Assembly (NCBI GenBank): GCA_001179505.1 | Contig: CDMY01000298.1 | Coordinates: 1 to 64,000, forward strand | Origin: Vitrella brassicaformis CCMP3155 | Taxonomy: Eukaryota > Protista > Chromerida | Direction: 5' to 3' | Length of the DNA: 64,000 nucleotides | Shown: positions 51,520 through 64,000 of the stretch, one piece after another | Layout: every line of letters starts with the position of its first letter | How positions within the stretch are numbered: position 1 is the first letter of the stretch | Notes under the pieces: model-generated | The model's database searches: none | What the model was told of the DNA's origin: nothing | What the model saw: the letters and a program-made list of their open reading frames with translations, nothing else | Position numbers and translations under genes: made by a program

Positions 51520-54500
51520 TCACTCACTCACTCCCTCCTCCCCTGTGGATGATCTGATTGTCCCGTCCGCCCGCAGCCCCAGCAACGACATTGCTTCCAC
51601 GTCCATGTCTGTCACTCCACCCTGTGCACAGGCCATGCACGAATCGGGTGGGTCATCCACACACGACTGACACAGCAGGTGACCGCACGGGTAGTTGGCA
51701 GCACACGCGGGAGGCAACACTGCCGACGATGCACCGGCACTCAGCGCCTGCAGCGCAGCAGAGAAACAGATGAGGAAAAAACATACATATGAGGGAAAAA
51801 GGTGGCATGCCTTTCTCTTCTCTGTCTTACCCTTGCAGCGCAGAACGTGCACGACCACTGCTTCAGCGACGCGGTCAGCGTGTCATTGTCGCTCCTGAGC
51901 CGCTTGGCCTCCTGGGTCTTTCCCTCGAGTGCTGCCTTCAGTTCTCTGATGCGCTGGTTGAGCTGCTGCGGATCCTCTTCAGCCACCCGGGCGTCTCTTG
52001 GAGGCCTGTCCCCACCGTCGCCTGCACCCGAGCTGCCACCACCACCTTGGGCACCCGCTGGGCGATTAGATGGTGGCGGCTGCTGCTGCTGACCGCTGCC
52101 CTGCTGTTGCTGCTGCCGGCGGTGGTTGTTGCCATCGGGGTGGTCTCGCTGCTGCCCGCCGCCGGCCCTTTAATGTAAGGCAGCAGGCATTCAATCGATC
52201 CCATCCCAGCGCTTGCCTCCGTGTATGCATACCCTTACGTAGCTGTGCGGACGGCGCCGGCCTCCACGCCATTGCGGGCCGCGTCGTCCTCGTCGTGTCC
52301 GAAAACGTCAGCAAGGTCGTCATTCGGGCTGGAGGCCTGCAGAAAGCAATGCAGGATGGACACACATTACAAAGCGTCTCTCCCTCTACCTTCCTCTCTC
52401 GCCCACCTTGTCTTTCGCGGCAGCTGTCCCGTTTGCCTTGGCAGGGAGGCGTCTGTCGTCGTCTTCATCTGAATCGACAACGCGGCGTCGATTTCGGCGG
52501 TTGATGCGAGAGCCATCCTCATCGTCACCGCCATCATTGTTGCCGGCTCTCACGTCCCCCCGCTGCCGCTTGTCGCCCGCATGCGCATCCTCCTCCTTTG
52601 CCTTGGCCTTCTTCTTGTGCTGTTTCTTGTGCCTCTTGCCCGTCTCCCTGTCCCTGTTGTCGTCGTCCCCCTTGTCAGCAGCCTTGTCGCGGTGCTTCCT
52701 CTTCTTGTGCCCCTTGCCCTTGGCATCCTCACCCGCTGATGCGGGCACAGCCGCCTCGGAAGGCTCCTGGAAGTCGCGCATGGAGGGCGAGTTGGTGTGG
52801 GGCGGCCCTGACTCGCCGGGAGATGATTCAGGCACGGCAGGAGTGGGGCCGGACCGGCTCGGCTTGGCGTCGCTCGCACTCCGCTGAGGCTCCCCTGGTC
52901 GACTGACGGCCGCTTCAGCTTCAGGATGCGCGGACGTCGGCTGCGATGGCTCCGACTCATTGACCAGCTTTAGCTTCGACTTGGACTTGGTCTTGGACTT
53001 CTTCAGAAGACTCACACCACCGGCGAAGCCCTTGGCGGGCGGCTGCTCCACGCCCTTGCTGGACGCAGGATGAGCACTCTCGGCCGCAGTGGGGCTAGCA
53101 CCCGACAGCTCGGGGAGTGTGGCGGTTGAGTCGCCCCTTGCCGCCTCCACTGGCCGCCGAATGCGCTCCTCGCGCAGCGCCTGGCCGCGTCGTACCCAAG
53201 CAGTGGCCTCTTCCAGCTGATCGATGTCTCGGTATGAGACGCGGTCGAAGGGGAAGCTGTCCTGGTTGAGTGGTCCTGCGGGCAGCGTGGAGGGGTCGTT
53301 ATTCTGCGCCCGACGCAGAAAGTCCCTCACGTACGCCGTCCCCTCGCCCGCGTCAGTCCTCTGCAGCTGGTCGGTCAGCCGAGTCACCAGATCACGGATG
53401 TCCGTGACGCCACGAGACGTATCCCGCGTGAGCAGGCGATCGATGGGATTCGCGAAGGATGCACTGAGGACGGTATTGCTGTTGCCCGGCAGAAGACTGA
53501 GGGCTCGGCCATCGTACCGTTCTGGCTCTGGTGGGAGACCAGCCGGGCTGATGGGCCGCTGCTTGGGCTGCTGGTCCACCTTAGGAGAGAGGTCCGGCTT
53601 GTGTTCGTCGGTGAGGGGAGCGTGCCAAGACTCGATGAGGATGGTGTGCTGAGGGAGGCCGGGTGGTGGCGCTAGATGGTCGAGCTTGGCGAAGATCCTG
53701 CGGCTCTCGTGGTCCTTGCAGCACAGCGTTGCGAAGCTCTTGTGCTGCTCGTGCCACCAGTGGACGATCTCGGGCACTCTGCAGCCACTCGTCTCCTCTG
53801 GATGGTCTCGCATGTGCTGCGCGCACGTGTCGATGATGTACCGCTCCAGTGCGATAGTGTTCCTGATACACACACCACACACACACACATACACAACACA
53901 CATGCTAGGGATGTTTATATCGGCGCGTTGTGCCACGTGTGTGTGATACCATTCTTTCGGGAAGCCTTTGACGACAACACACAGCCGAGTTTTGATGTCC
54001 TGCGGCACGTCCATCATGTTGGCGCTCGCCGGCCACTCGCACGGCTCCTCAATCACATCTGCAGTCCCTGATCACATATCAGTCACATGCGACCACAGAA
54101 GTCATTCAGACCAGAGCAAATCGTGCATCCCTGAATCCAATCCGTGTCCTCACCTTCCTCTTTCATCGATTTCGCGGGCGATTCAGCCTTGGGAGTCCCC
54201 ACTGCCTCCTTAGCTCTCTCCGCCCCCGCGTGACCCTCCCTAACGGGCACCGACATGACGGGAGGGGCACTCTGCACAGAGGCCGTGGTAGAGGCGACCA
54301 CAGCAGCGGTATGAGGAGCTGTAGCAGCAGCATCTGCCACCGTTGACGGCCGTTGGTCCCACGGCGACTGGCGAGGTGGCCTTGGGAAGGGGGCAAAGCG
54401 GGTAGGTGGGCGGGGGTTGGGGAGCCCGGGCAGCTGCGGCACCTGGGGCGACGGGATGGGCTCCACACGGGCAGGGGCAGGAGAGCTCACACCATTCACA

Positions 54501-55690
54501 AGGCTGCCACAAGACGAACCGAATAAAGTATCGATGAAAGCAGCACCCCTCACCCTGCTCGTCTCTCTTGGTGCGGTGTCACCTGTTATCTGCAGGCGTC
54601 ATTGGGGTCTTTGGGGTCTCAGCGCGATGGGGCGGGTTGCTGGGCGGATTGCTGGGTGGCCCTTGGTCGCGTGGGTTGCTGCTGGGCGGCCCCGAGTGCT
54701 GTCCCTGTTCCCACCACGGCCTGTCGCCAGTGGGCTTGTTCCGGAATCTCTCGAGGCTGATCACGGGGTTGTCTTCCATGGTGGCGTCAGCCGCATCCAC
54801 GTACTCCTGGGCGCGCCTTGGCTTGTTACCGAATGCGGTGATCATGTTCTCTCTGTCAACGGGGGTGCGGCACCCGATGGTGGCCATGGGCTTACTGCCG
54901 ATGAAGATGTCCTGCAGCTCGGGGAAGGGCACATTCCTCGTGGCGGGATTCTCACACCACACGCGACGAAGGAAGCCACGCACCTTGTCTTTCTCCCTGA
55001 TCCACATGAGCACACGCACAGGGGGATGCACACGATCATGCTGAAGTCAGTCATAGCTACAACTGACCATCTCATGGGTTTGCCCAGCAGTGCGAGGCAG
55101 AGCATCTCTCGCTGGTCGAGCTTGAGATCTCTGAACTGCACTGGATGCCCATGGCTGTCGGTCGGCCACCTCACGCCAGACGGAGGTGAGAGACCACGCC
55201 CTGCACCACCCCCCGCCCCACACACACACCATCATTATGACACCCAGAAGGAGCGTCATCCATCGCCCCCGCACCCACCCCTCGCCCTCCCTGCCTGTCT
55301 CTGCCTGGCTGTCGTCCTACTCGCGGCAGTGGGCGGGTGTCTGGCGCCGTGAAGGCCATCCGCATGCTCACGGTTGTCACGCCTGACTCCCGGGAAGGTA
55401 GCATTGGGTCCACTCAGAGGGGGACGCCTCTGCGGCTGATTGCCGTACATAGCTGCCCTTGACGCCCCAAAGTCAGCTCATTCGAGCGCCGAATGACAGC
55501 ATCAGCAGCCAGCCCGACGATCGTGCCTCCACCTCAAGGACGATGCTTCAGTCGTCTCGCCCTCCTCCTCGTGTGGTGCAGGTCTGTGACGCGAGAGATG
55601 GTGAAAGGGGGATCTGCCGAGAGAGCCAGGTGCCGCAGAATAGATGTCCTCGTGGGTGCTGAAGTGCTCCGAGCACACAGAAGCCGCGCC
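51520..55690 (-). CDS. Large protein with C-terminal coiled coil and RING-HC finger; start uncertain
   Basis: QQLNQRIRELKAALEGKTQEAKRLRSDND..WSCTFC / ..YPCGHLLCQSCVDDPPDSCMAC; upstream exons 52386-54056, 54083-54553 and 54579-55031 are in the same orientation. Confidence 0.6.
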
Positions 55691-55726
55691 TCAGACAAAA
55701 CCATTAGTCAAACAGCTCGCAAATGG

Positions 55727-55740
55727 GGCTAAGCTCGCAG
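55727..55740 (+). promoter_or_regulatory. GGCTAAGCTCGCAG candidate motif upstream of the RING gene
   Basis: Exact 14-mer shared with 47955-47968. Confidence 0.4.
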
Positions 55741-55799
55741 TTGTAGAAACGGGGAGCCGCGCGTTCCCTTCTTTTTAAGAGAGTAAGTAGTTTTAGACA

Positions 55800-58700
55800 A
55801 AGATGCTGAAGGCAAGTGTCAGTCAGGAGATAGGTTCATCGTCTTGTCACGCATGCATGCATGCATGCAGTGAGTGACCATCAGACAGCGTGGCGGTGCC
55901 ACCGACATCGATCATCGCATCACATCACACCAGCCCAGCAACATACATGCATTCACGCAGCCGTACCGTACGCACACACACGCATCCATCCATCCATCCA
56001 TCCATCCAATCCTTCAAGGGCTAAATTAGGCAGACTCTCATTCCTCTGTCTGGTCGACGCACTCACTCACTCACACCACACAGGCAGGCACAAAATCAGC
56101 CCGGGCAGGTCCTCCTGAATTGAGCACAAGAGAGGGGAGAAAAGAGAGCCGCCGGGTGCGCCGCTTCTCATCACACGACACGCACACACGCACGCATCCA
56201 AAAATCCATCATCCCACATCATCACGTCACCACAGCATGAGGCAGTCGCATCGCATGCAGCACCACATCGCCATCGACCATGCACACACGCACACGCAGG
56301 CAAGCAAGTGGGAGCAGAGCGGGAATGATGGCATGCATCAGTACGAGATGTACGCACCTTGTCAGTCATGATGTGTTTGTTGTGTGGGGATGTATGGGTC
56401 GCTCGCTCGTTATGCAAATAAGTAAGAAGGTCCGTACGTACATACACACATACACGGACACACACACACACACACGCCTGTTTACGCATGCCATGCCATG
56501 CAGCCACCCAGTGAGTGACCTGTCCGTCTTGTCTGCCCTCACCTGCCAGTAGTCTACACACAGCCACTGTCCCCTCTCCCCCCGCAGCCACCCGGCCAGC
56601 CAGACATTCATTTAAAAGGAGAGGTGAGCCAGGAGAGTGAGACATCTATCAGCCAGGTACTAAAAGCAAAACACCGGAATACCGGCCTCTGTCTGTCTGT
56701 CTGTCTTGCTGGTCGGCGTCCATCGGTTAGAAAGATCACGCAAACAAACGTGTCAAGTCGTAACAAAAAAGTCACAGCCCCGGTCAGCGAAACAGCTAGC
56801 TAATTGTGGTGTGGTGCTGTGGGTGCCTTCAGGTTTCCATGTTGCTGCCTTGTCTCTCTGTCGTCAAGTGACCGTCAGTAGACACGTCATTTGCAGGCGA
56901 TTCAAAATCCAGTAGTACACAATGCGGCAGGCGGCTGTTCTCATCCAGACGGTGCCTTGTGTGTCTGATTTGACATCAGCCCCCAACGTCCACGTTCAGC
57001 TTTTGGCGTATAGCAGAGTGTGGCCGTTGGAGGGCAGTATCAAATCAGACACACTCAACACTCAGCCAGATTGAATGTTCTGTTCGTCGTGTTTCAGACA
57101 GACAGATACGGCACTGATTCACTCACTCACTCATGCTTAAAAGGAAAGCAAGCGGACACCACCCAGCGACTTGACAGCAACAGCGAGACAGGAGGCTCCA
57201 TCCGTGACGACGACACCAAGCCACGCCACGCCACGCCATGGCTCATCAGGACCGCACCCACTGCATGATAATCACTCCATGCCACGCCACTCACGCCCGC
57301 ACTCAATGCACATCTGCACGGAGAGATGCACACAAGCACAAGCATGACGCACATGGGGACGTCCTCGGCCGGCAGCGCAATGAGATGTATTCGTGGATCG
57401 TCTGTTGGCAGGGAGGCAGGCATGGCACGCCACTCTTTCACCACCCATCCACTCACCACAGGTATGCAGATGCATCACGGCATCACAGCACTGGATGGAC
57501 CATCAATACGGAGCGTATCGCACACCTGCATGTTGCATGCCACCTACACAGACCACACCACGCACACGGGGATGGAGGAGGGGACGAGGGAGGGAAGGAG
57601 GGACACACATCAATTCCATCACACACACAAGACAGAGACGTCAATTCATCATGTGTGTGTATGTGATGTGTGCAATGCTGGGGCATGCGTGTGACGAATA
57701 TGAGTGAATGAGTGGGTGGGTGTATGGCATGAGGTGAGTGACTGGGCGGGCTGGGTGAGACTAGCTAGCTGGCCTATCACTGGGTTCAAAACAAAAAGAC
57801 ACTGTACGCTCTCCTCTCTCCCAGCTCTCGCATCGCTTCCCTCCTCTCTCTGCCATCCATTGACTCAAACAACACCAAACAGCTTCGCAACCGGCCAGTC
57901 AGACAGACAGACAGACAGTCAAGACCAGTCAGTCAGTGAGTGCGTGAGAAAAAGACCTTACAGACGCTCTCCTCTCCTCCCTGCCCTCGCCTCCCCTCTC
58001 CCCGTCTCTCTCGCTTGTTGACAACCGGAAAAAATAGACACACTGACTGATCACTCGCTTGCTTGCTTGTCGATCCGATCCATCCGTTGCGCCATCCGTC
58101 CATGCGTCCATGCGTCACTCAGTTCAGCGCGCATGTGTACGTATGTATGTACGTATGTTGTACTGATATGTATGTATGTGTACGCATACAGCCGACCGTG
58201 GGAGTTATGGTATGGATGGCACGCACGCACAGGCGTAGGCAGGGAGGTAGGTGAGCTGAGTGAGTGAGTGCTACTCTGCGGCAGGGATGTAGAGAGGCTA
58301 CACACGGCAGGCACGCAGGCAGACAGGAGGCAGGCAGGCAGATGCAGACGCAAACAGACAGGCCATCCATCCATCCATCCATCCAGCCAGCCAGCCAGCC
58401 AGCCAAGTAGACATGACACGAGCCACCGCAAGCGAACCAAGAGGTGTGAAGGAATGGATGTAGCACGAGAGCACGAGAGCATCATACACAGACAGAGAGC
58501 CAGACATCCCGGGTGTGAGAGCAAGACCAAGACCGCACACGCCACCGAATGCAGAAGAGACACCACGCCATTCACCACCCACACCCATCCGTCCACATAT
58601 GTGCGCGTCAGTCATCGAGGGCAGCACATCACTCCACAGCACCGCCAGCCACGTGTGTAGTGTACGTGTGTATTGTATGTGTACATACCACCCACGATCC

Positions 58701-61550
58701 AACGAACGAACGAAGAGAGCACCATTCCATCCATCTATCCATCACTCCATCCATATCCACGACGCGAGATATATGCATGAGCATGCGCTGTACAAAACAC
58801 TCACTCCATCCACCACACCACGCTTCGCACACGACACCACCACGCCATGCACGCACGCAACGCATTGCATCGCACCGCATCCACATAAGTCCTGTCACAT
58901 CCAGAGTGTGATGATCAGTGTGTGACGGACATCCATCCACCCTCTGACACAGCACTCCACACCATACATACGCAGCTATGCATATCACGTTAGTCCAGAT
59001 CGACCGACCGATCGATCGGTGTGTCGTAGTTCATTCGCTCGCTCTCTTCCTCCGCTCTTGCACTCGGTGATGGGCGGGCGGGCAGGCAGGCAGGCAGTCA
59101 TGCCCTTGACTACAAAACTGCTGCTCCGCGATGAAAGCAGAGCAGCAGCTCCGATACACACACACATACGTACAGCCCCGTGTAAGTACGAATGAACGCT
59201 AGCCAAATAGGTGTATGGTACGCACGCAGACAGGCGGACAGCAGGCACACGTGAGGGAGTGAGTGAGTGATGAGTGTGTATGAATGGGCCGCAGAGCCAC
59301 ATACAGACAGAGAGAGAGAGAGTTCCATGGACAGAGAGGGAGAGCACGAGAGAGGGGGAGACCGACACCAGACAAGCAGAGAGAGATGTACCCAATCCAT
59401 CCATCCATCGATGAATCCACCGAAGGCCAGTCCGCGTGTAGCCACCACCATGCCACGTATCCATCCATCCATGCACTCAGCCGCTTTCTACCCACCACGT
59501 AATGACGCTTCCATTATGTAGAGGGAGGAGGTACGAAGGTCAAAACTGTGGCTGGCTGGCATCATGAGTGATGTCGTGTGTACGTACATACTCATATACA
59601 TACATACATGCTCGCATACACAACACAGCGATGGATCGATGGTTGTTTGTGGGTGCAGTGAGTGAGTGAGTGAGTCACGTGACTTGACTTGACTGACTGA
59701 CTGACTGGCGAACAGAACCATCCATCCACTCATGCATGCCATGCAGCAGGGCACGAGACGAAGGCGAGTGACACGGAGACGAGAGCAGCTACGCGAGACG
59801 GCAGGCTGTACACAAGTGGGTGGGTGGACGAATGGACAGGCAAGAACGGGTGTATGTGTGTACGCATGGAATCACAGTGAGTGAGTGAGTGAGTGTAGCC
59901 ACACTACGCATGGAGCAAGCGTGTCTGTCTTGCGCGTCTAAGCAGAGGACCGGCCGCGTCGTTCGTCGCCGAGCCAGCCGAGCCGACAGAAGCACCTCCG
60001 TTCTCGCCTGCCCGTCAGCCCGCCCCATTGAAAACGGAAAAAGTGAGCAGCAAGCGCCCGTACGGTCTGTCTGTGTGCCTCCCTGTCTGTCTGTCTGTCT
60101 GTCTGTCTGTCAGGTTAGAAGATCATACGCGTGGCGAATATCGATCGATCCACCACTTCACTTGACGTGTAAGCCATCCATCACCCAGCCAGTCCGCCCG
60201 CACCCATTCACTCATCTGATGAGATGTCATCCACTGCACTGCACGATAGCACTGCATCGATCGCATCATCGCATTCTCGCATTATTCAGCTCCGTTCAGC
60301 TGGCTTGGGGATACCAACAGACGAAGGAATGAACACCACCACCACCACCACGCCGCACGAACAACAAAATCTGTCTCGTGTGTCGTATTGAGTTGCCTTC
60401 CCATCCATCCATCCACAGCGAGCAAGCACATCCATCCATCCACTGGCTGACGCAAACAAAACGATACACGCCGTGTCATTCATGACCCACCCCATCCGGC
60501 CCTCCCTCCCCTGGCTGGCTGTCCCTTTACATAGGTACATACACAGTGACGTCACTCACAATCACAGCTATCCACTTATCCATCCATCCATCCGTGCACA
60601 CTACATATGTGAGCAGGGGAAAATCTCGCCAATCGCTCGCCAACGGTCGCTCGCTTGCTCGCACAACACGTCACGTACAACCAAACATACACCCACCCAC
60701 CCACACGCTATGCAAACAGCCAGACAGGCAAAGGAGTGAGTGGCGGTCTTCGGTCAGTCCATCCATGTACCCACCAGACGCACGGACGCACGGCAGCAAG
60801 TGAGCGATGGATTGTGTTTGTGTTTGGTGCGATTGGCGGCATGTTTTCTTCCTTCCTTCGACAGACATCTCACACAGCGTCTGCATCCATCTACCGACCT
60901 GCACAAGAGCGGAGCGAAGTTAGTCAGTGAGGTAAAGTACGAGGCGGGACAAGACGAGGGAGAGGGCGCACCAACCAATAGATGGGTCATAGAAACGAGA
61001 AAAGGGCAAGTGAGTGAGTGAGGAGGTAGAAGGTAAGGCAAGCCGCAGCCTCTCTCTCTCTCGTCAGTAGCGTAGGTATCGATCTATCCAATCCACCAAT
61101 GGGAGGGGAGCATCCATCCATCCATCCATTCATCCAGGCATACGTGTTGGTTATCGTACAGACACTATCCTACAAACAGACGGTCCGTCCTCCTTCCCAT
61201 CCACGGTCGGCCGACCGATGAGGCAGCCAGCCAGCCAATTTAAAACATCACCGTAACCCAAATACTGTCTTGTCTGTCGTAGTCGATGGATGCTCCATCC
61301 AGCCCTCCTTCCTCCCTCCGAGCAATGCACTCCATCCATGCATCCATCCATCCATGCCATTGCACCCGTCGCACCACATTAGCAGTCCAGTTGGCCATAG
61401 CAAACAACCCACTGATTGCATCCACCATCCATCCATCCACCACGAGCATACAATCCACCAACAAACACCCGCCCCGCACCGCCCCATCCCACCCCCACAT
61501 ACCTACGTAACGTAACTTACGGCCTTTCTTCGTTCGTTCCTTCCTAGCCT
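55800..61550. repeat. Gene-poor interval dense in short microsatellites (CATC, GAGT, CAGA, GCCA, GCAT, CA)
   Basis: Direct inspection; the ORFs called here are low-complexity translations of repeats. Confidence 0.8.
56959..57054 (+). other. 96-nt imperfect hairpin (inverted repeat)
   Basis: GTGTGTCTGATTTGA (56959-56973) is the perfect reverse complement of TCAAATCAGACACAC (57040-57054); pairing continues inward to a ~12-nt loop. Confidence 0.75.
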
Positions 61551-61598
61551 GCCTGTCTATCTATGTATGTGTGTTGCATGGTGTACGATGTGGTCACT

Positions 61599-63901
61599 TC
61601 ACTGAGGTCTGATCTGTGTGCCCCCATAGGGATACGCATAGGCATTGGGATTGTACGCACCTGGTGCCGGGTAGCCGCCCGGCGCGCCGCCAGCCGCCGC
61701 AGGCATGCCCGCCATCTGCTGCGCCATCATGTGCTGTGCCGGCATGCCCATCATGGGGCCCGGGTGGCCCATGGCGGCCTGGGGAGGGCCGCCCATGGCC
61801 GCGGGGGCGGGCGTCATGGTCTGGGCCAGGGGCGCCACCGTGGGCATCGTGCCCGCCGCATGCTGCTCCTCGCCCTTCTTGATCTGCACCTTCAAACGCT
61901 TCCCACCTGACACACATGGCGCACACACAGATAGGGAGTCGGCAATGGTCATTTGTGTGTTCGTGTAACGGTTGTTGGCTGGTTGGATTGTACCTCCGAC
62001 TTGGAAGCCGTTCATGGCCTGCACGGCGTTGACGGCGCACTGGACCTGGTCGAAACTCACGAAGCCGAACCCACGATTGCGACCCGTAGCCTTGTCAGTA
62101 GCGATACGAGCACTGACACACGGTACAGACACACATCGATGTGGGAGACTGTGGTGTGTGGTGGTTGTGCGTCTCTCCGTTTCAGGTACCTGATGATGCG
62201 GCCATACTGGTTGAAGTGGTGCTGCAGGTCAGTCTCGGTCCACTCATTCGGGACCTGCACTCACAGCCGGTGACACAACGTGTATTGTGTACTGTTTGTG
62301 TAAGTGACACAAGGAGAGGAAGCGCCTTTGGCATATGGCCGTACATGGAATATGAAGATATTGGCCCCTGCACACGAATCGCACACGAGCCATGTCCATA
62401 TGCTGCCCTGACAATCATTTCGCCCATGATGGTGTGTGTTGTGGCGTACCAGGGGGTCCGTGCGATTGGTTTCCAGCCGACGCCATGCCCCCCATCCCAG
62501 CCCCCATGCCACCAGCCATCTGCCCCCAACACATGATACGGACACCCACATCGCATCAGATGTGGTTGTGTAGGTGAAGGTGCATCCATCCGAGTGTGTG
62601 TGCGTCCTAACCGGAGGCTCAGGTCTGTCCATCTCGGGGGGTCGGTCCCACTGTGTGGTGCCCGTGAGGCTGTTGTAGTAGTAGGGCCGGTTGTCGGTCG
62701 TGAAGTACTCCGTCCAGTTGCCCTTCTGAGTGGGGCCGGGAGGAGTGCCGCCACCCATGCCGCCACCCATTTGCTGATCATCACCGCAGGCACACACGGT
62801 GGGTAACCATCAGTGTGTGTGTGTGTGTCTGTGTGTGTGTGGCGGTGTGGCCTACCGGCTGGTTGTACTGGTCAGTGGGGCTGCCGCCCATCACCTGACC
62901 ACCGCCCTGAGCCTTGCGGTTCTCAGCTGACAAACCACCAAACACAGGTCAGATACATGTTATGGCTGGGTCGCTGGCTGCATGTGGGCGGGGAGGGGAG
63001 CGTGTGTCGTGTGCTTACCGAATCTGACTTCGATGGGTTTGTTGTGGCCGGGCATGGTGAACTTTTGGTTGAGGTTGTTGATGGCGTAGAAGGCCTGCTC
63101 CTTGTACGCAAACTTGACAAACGCACAACCTGTATACACACCACACCACACCACACACGTGCAGTGCAGACATGGGTTGGGTGTGTGTGTCGTGTCCCCT
63201 CTCACTCACTCACCTCGCGACTCTTTCCGCTCGTCGCGCATGATGAAGACCTCATCCACCATACCGAAGGGCGCAAACACGTTACGAATGTCATCCTGAT
63301 CAATCAGAACCGACGTCACACGCACATGAGGGTGTGTTTGTGTGTGTGCTGCCTGCCCTGCCCTGCCGTGTGTACCTCCGAGCATGTCTTGGGGAGGCTT
63401 CCCACGAACAGTTTGGCCTGGTCGACGCCCGGCTGACAACTGCCGTCGGTCGGTAAACCTACACACACATACACACAGAGACCAACCGCCACGAGTGAGT
63501 TGGCCCCCCCCCTCCCCCCACACATGCAGTCAGGTGTCTGTCAGGTTTTCGTGCCCCTGTCTGCCGCCAAGTGTATGTGTGTGTGCTGTCTGCCCTGCCC
63601 GGGTCTGTGTGTCTTGTCTTGTCTGGTTGCGTGTGATGTGTAGTGTGTGGTTGAGTGTAGTGTCTGTGTAGTTCAGGTTGCTTACCCATACCCAATCGTT
63701 CGTTCTCCCCCGTAGCGTACTTGACAGTCAACGGACCCATCGACTGTCATGACACCAACACACACACACGCACGAGTGCCAGTGATATACACTGTCGCGT
63801 GTTGTGCATTACGCACCTGGTCGAGCACTTTGGTGTTGTTGAGGGCCCGGATAGCCGCGTCGGCCTTGGTGAGTGACGTCATGCGGATAAACGCACACCC
63901 T
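61599..63901 (-). CDS. CELF: CELF/Bruno/FCA-like RNA-binding protein (RRM-RRM-WW-RRM); 5' part lies beyond the window
   Basis: CAFIRM..AIRALN; KLFVGSLP..CAFVKF..AINNLN..PIEVRF; WW WTEYFTTDNRPYYYNSLTGTTQWDRP; RRM3 ANIFIFHVPNEW..RGFGFVSF..MNGFQVGGKRLKVQIK. Confidence 0.88.
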
Positions 63902-64000
63902 GCAATGCCACACAACACACCAAACACGACACGACACACAACACAGATGCACTCCCCGTGTCTCTCACTCGGTCACTGGCACGTCTATGAGCTGATCTAT

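Noticed and set aside
56726-60126. GGTTAGAA(A)GATCA seen twice after (TCTG)n tracts
   Set aside because: Only a ~13-nt imperfect match; not distinguishable from chance.
1-64000. tRNA, rRNA or CRISPR arrays
   Set aside because: No cloverleaf, rRNA-like segment or regularly spaced repeat-spacer array seen by eye; a tRNAscan-SE/Infernal run would be needed to exclude small RNAs.

Overview
Eukaryotic, GC-rich, very intron-rich genomic DNA. It is most likely the chromerid alveolate Vitrella brassicaformis (inferred from intron style, lineage-specific gene families and apicomplexan-like Rab5C/CELF). The first ~4.3 kb is a nest of decayed retroelements (CRE-like non-LTR, LINE RT, two Ty1/copia RNase H copies either side of a 300-N gap). 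About 17 spliced protein genes follow, mostly as head-to-head pairs: RXT3-like, HNH-AP2, His-rich M6PR/ATG27-like, SMC1, two lineage-specific family genes, U-box, CDK-like, ATG18/WIPI, PHB1, RAB5C, HMG/Tudor-like, PARG, an unknown ORF, EF-hand/WW, a small Cys-rich surface protein, a RING protein and a partial CELF/FCA-like gene. A ~5.7 kb microsatellite-rich gap precedes the last gene. The most interesting signals are: (1) a spliced phage-type double-HNH + AP2 gene; (2) transcript-polarised (AC)n...(UG)n complementary repeats at intron ends, including GC-AG introns; (3) a recurrent AAGCTCGCAG motif upstream of genes, mostly in short divergent promoters; (4) a two-gene cassette bracketed by 104-bp direct repeats; (5) RRL motifs flanking a His-rich block; (6) a C-terminal AIM/LIR on ATG18; (7) a 96-nt intergenic hairpin. 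All exon structures were assembled by eye, and no database search was run.
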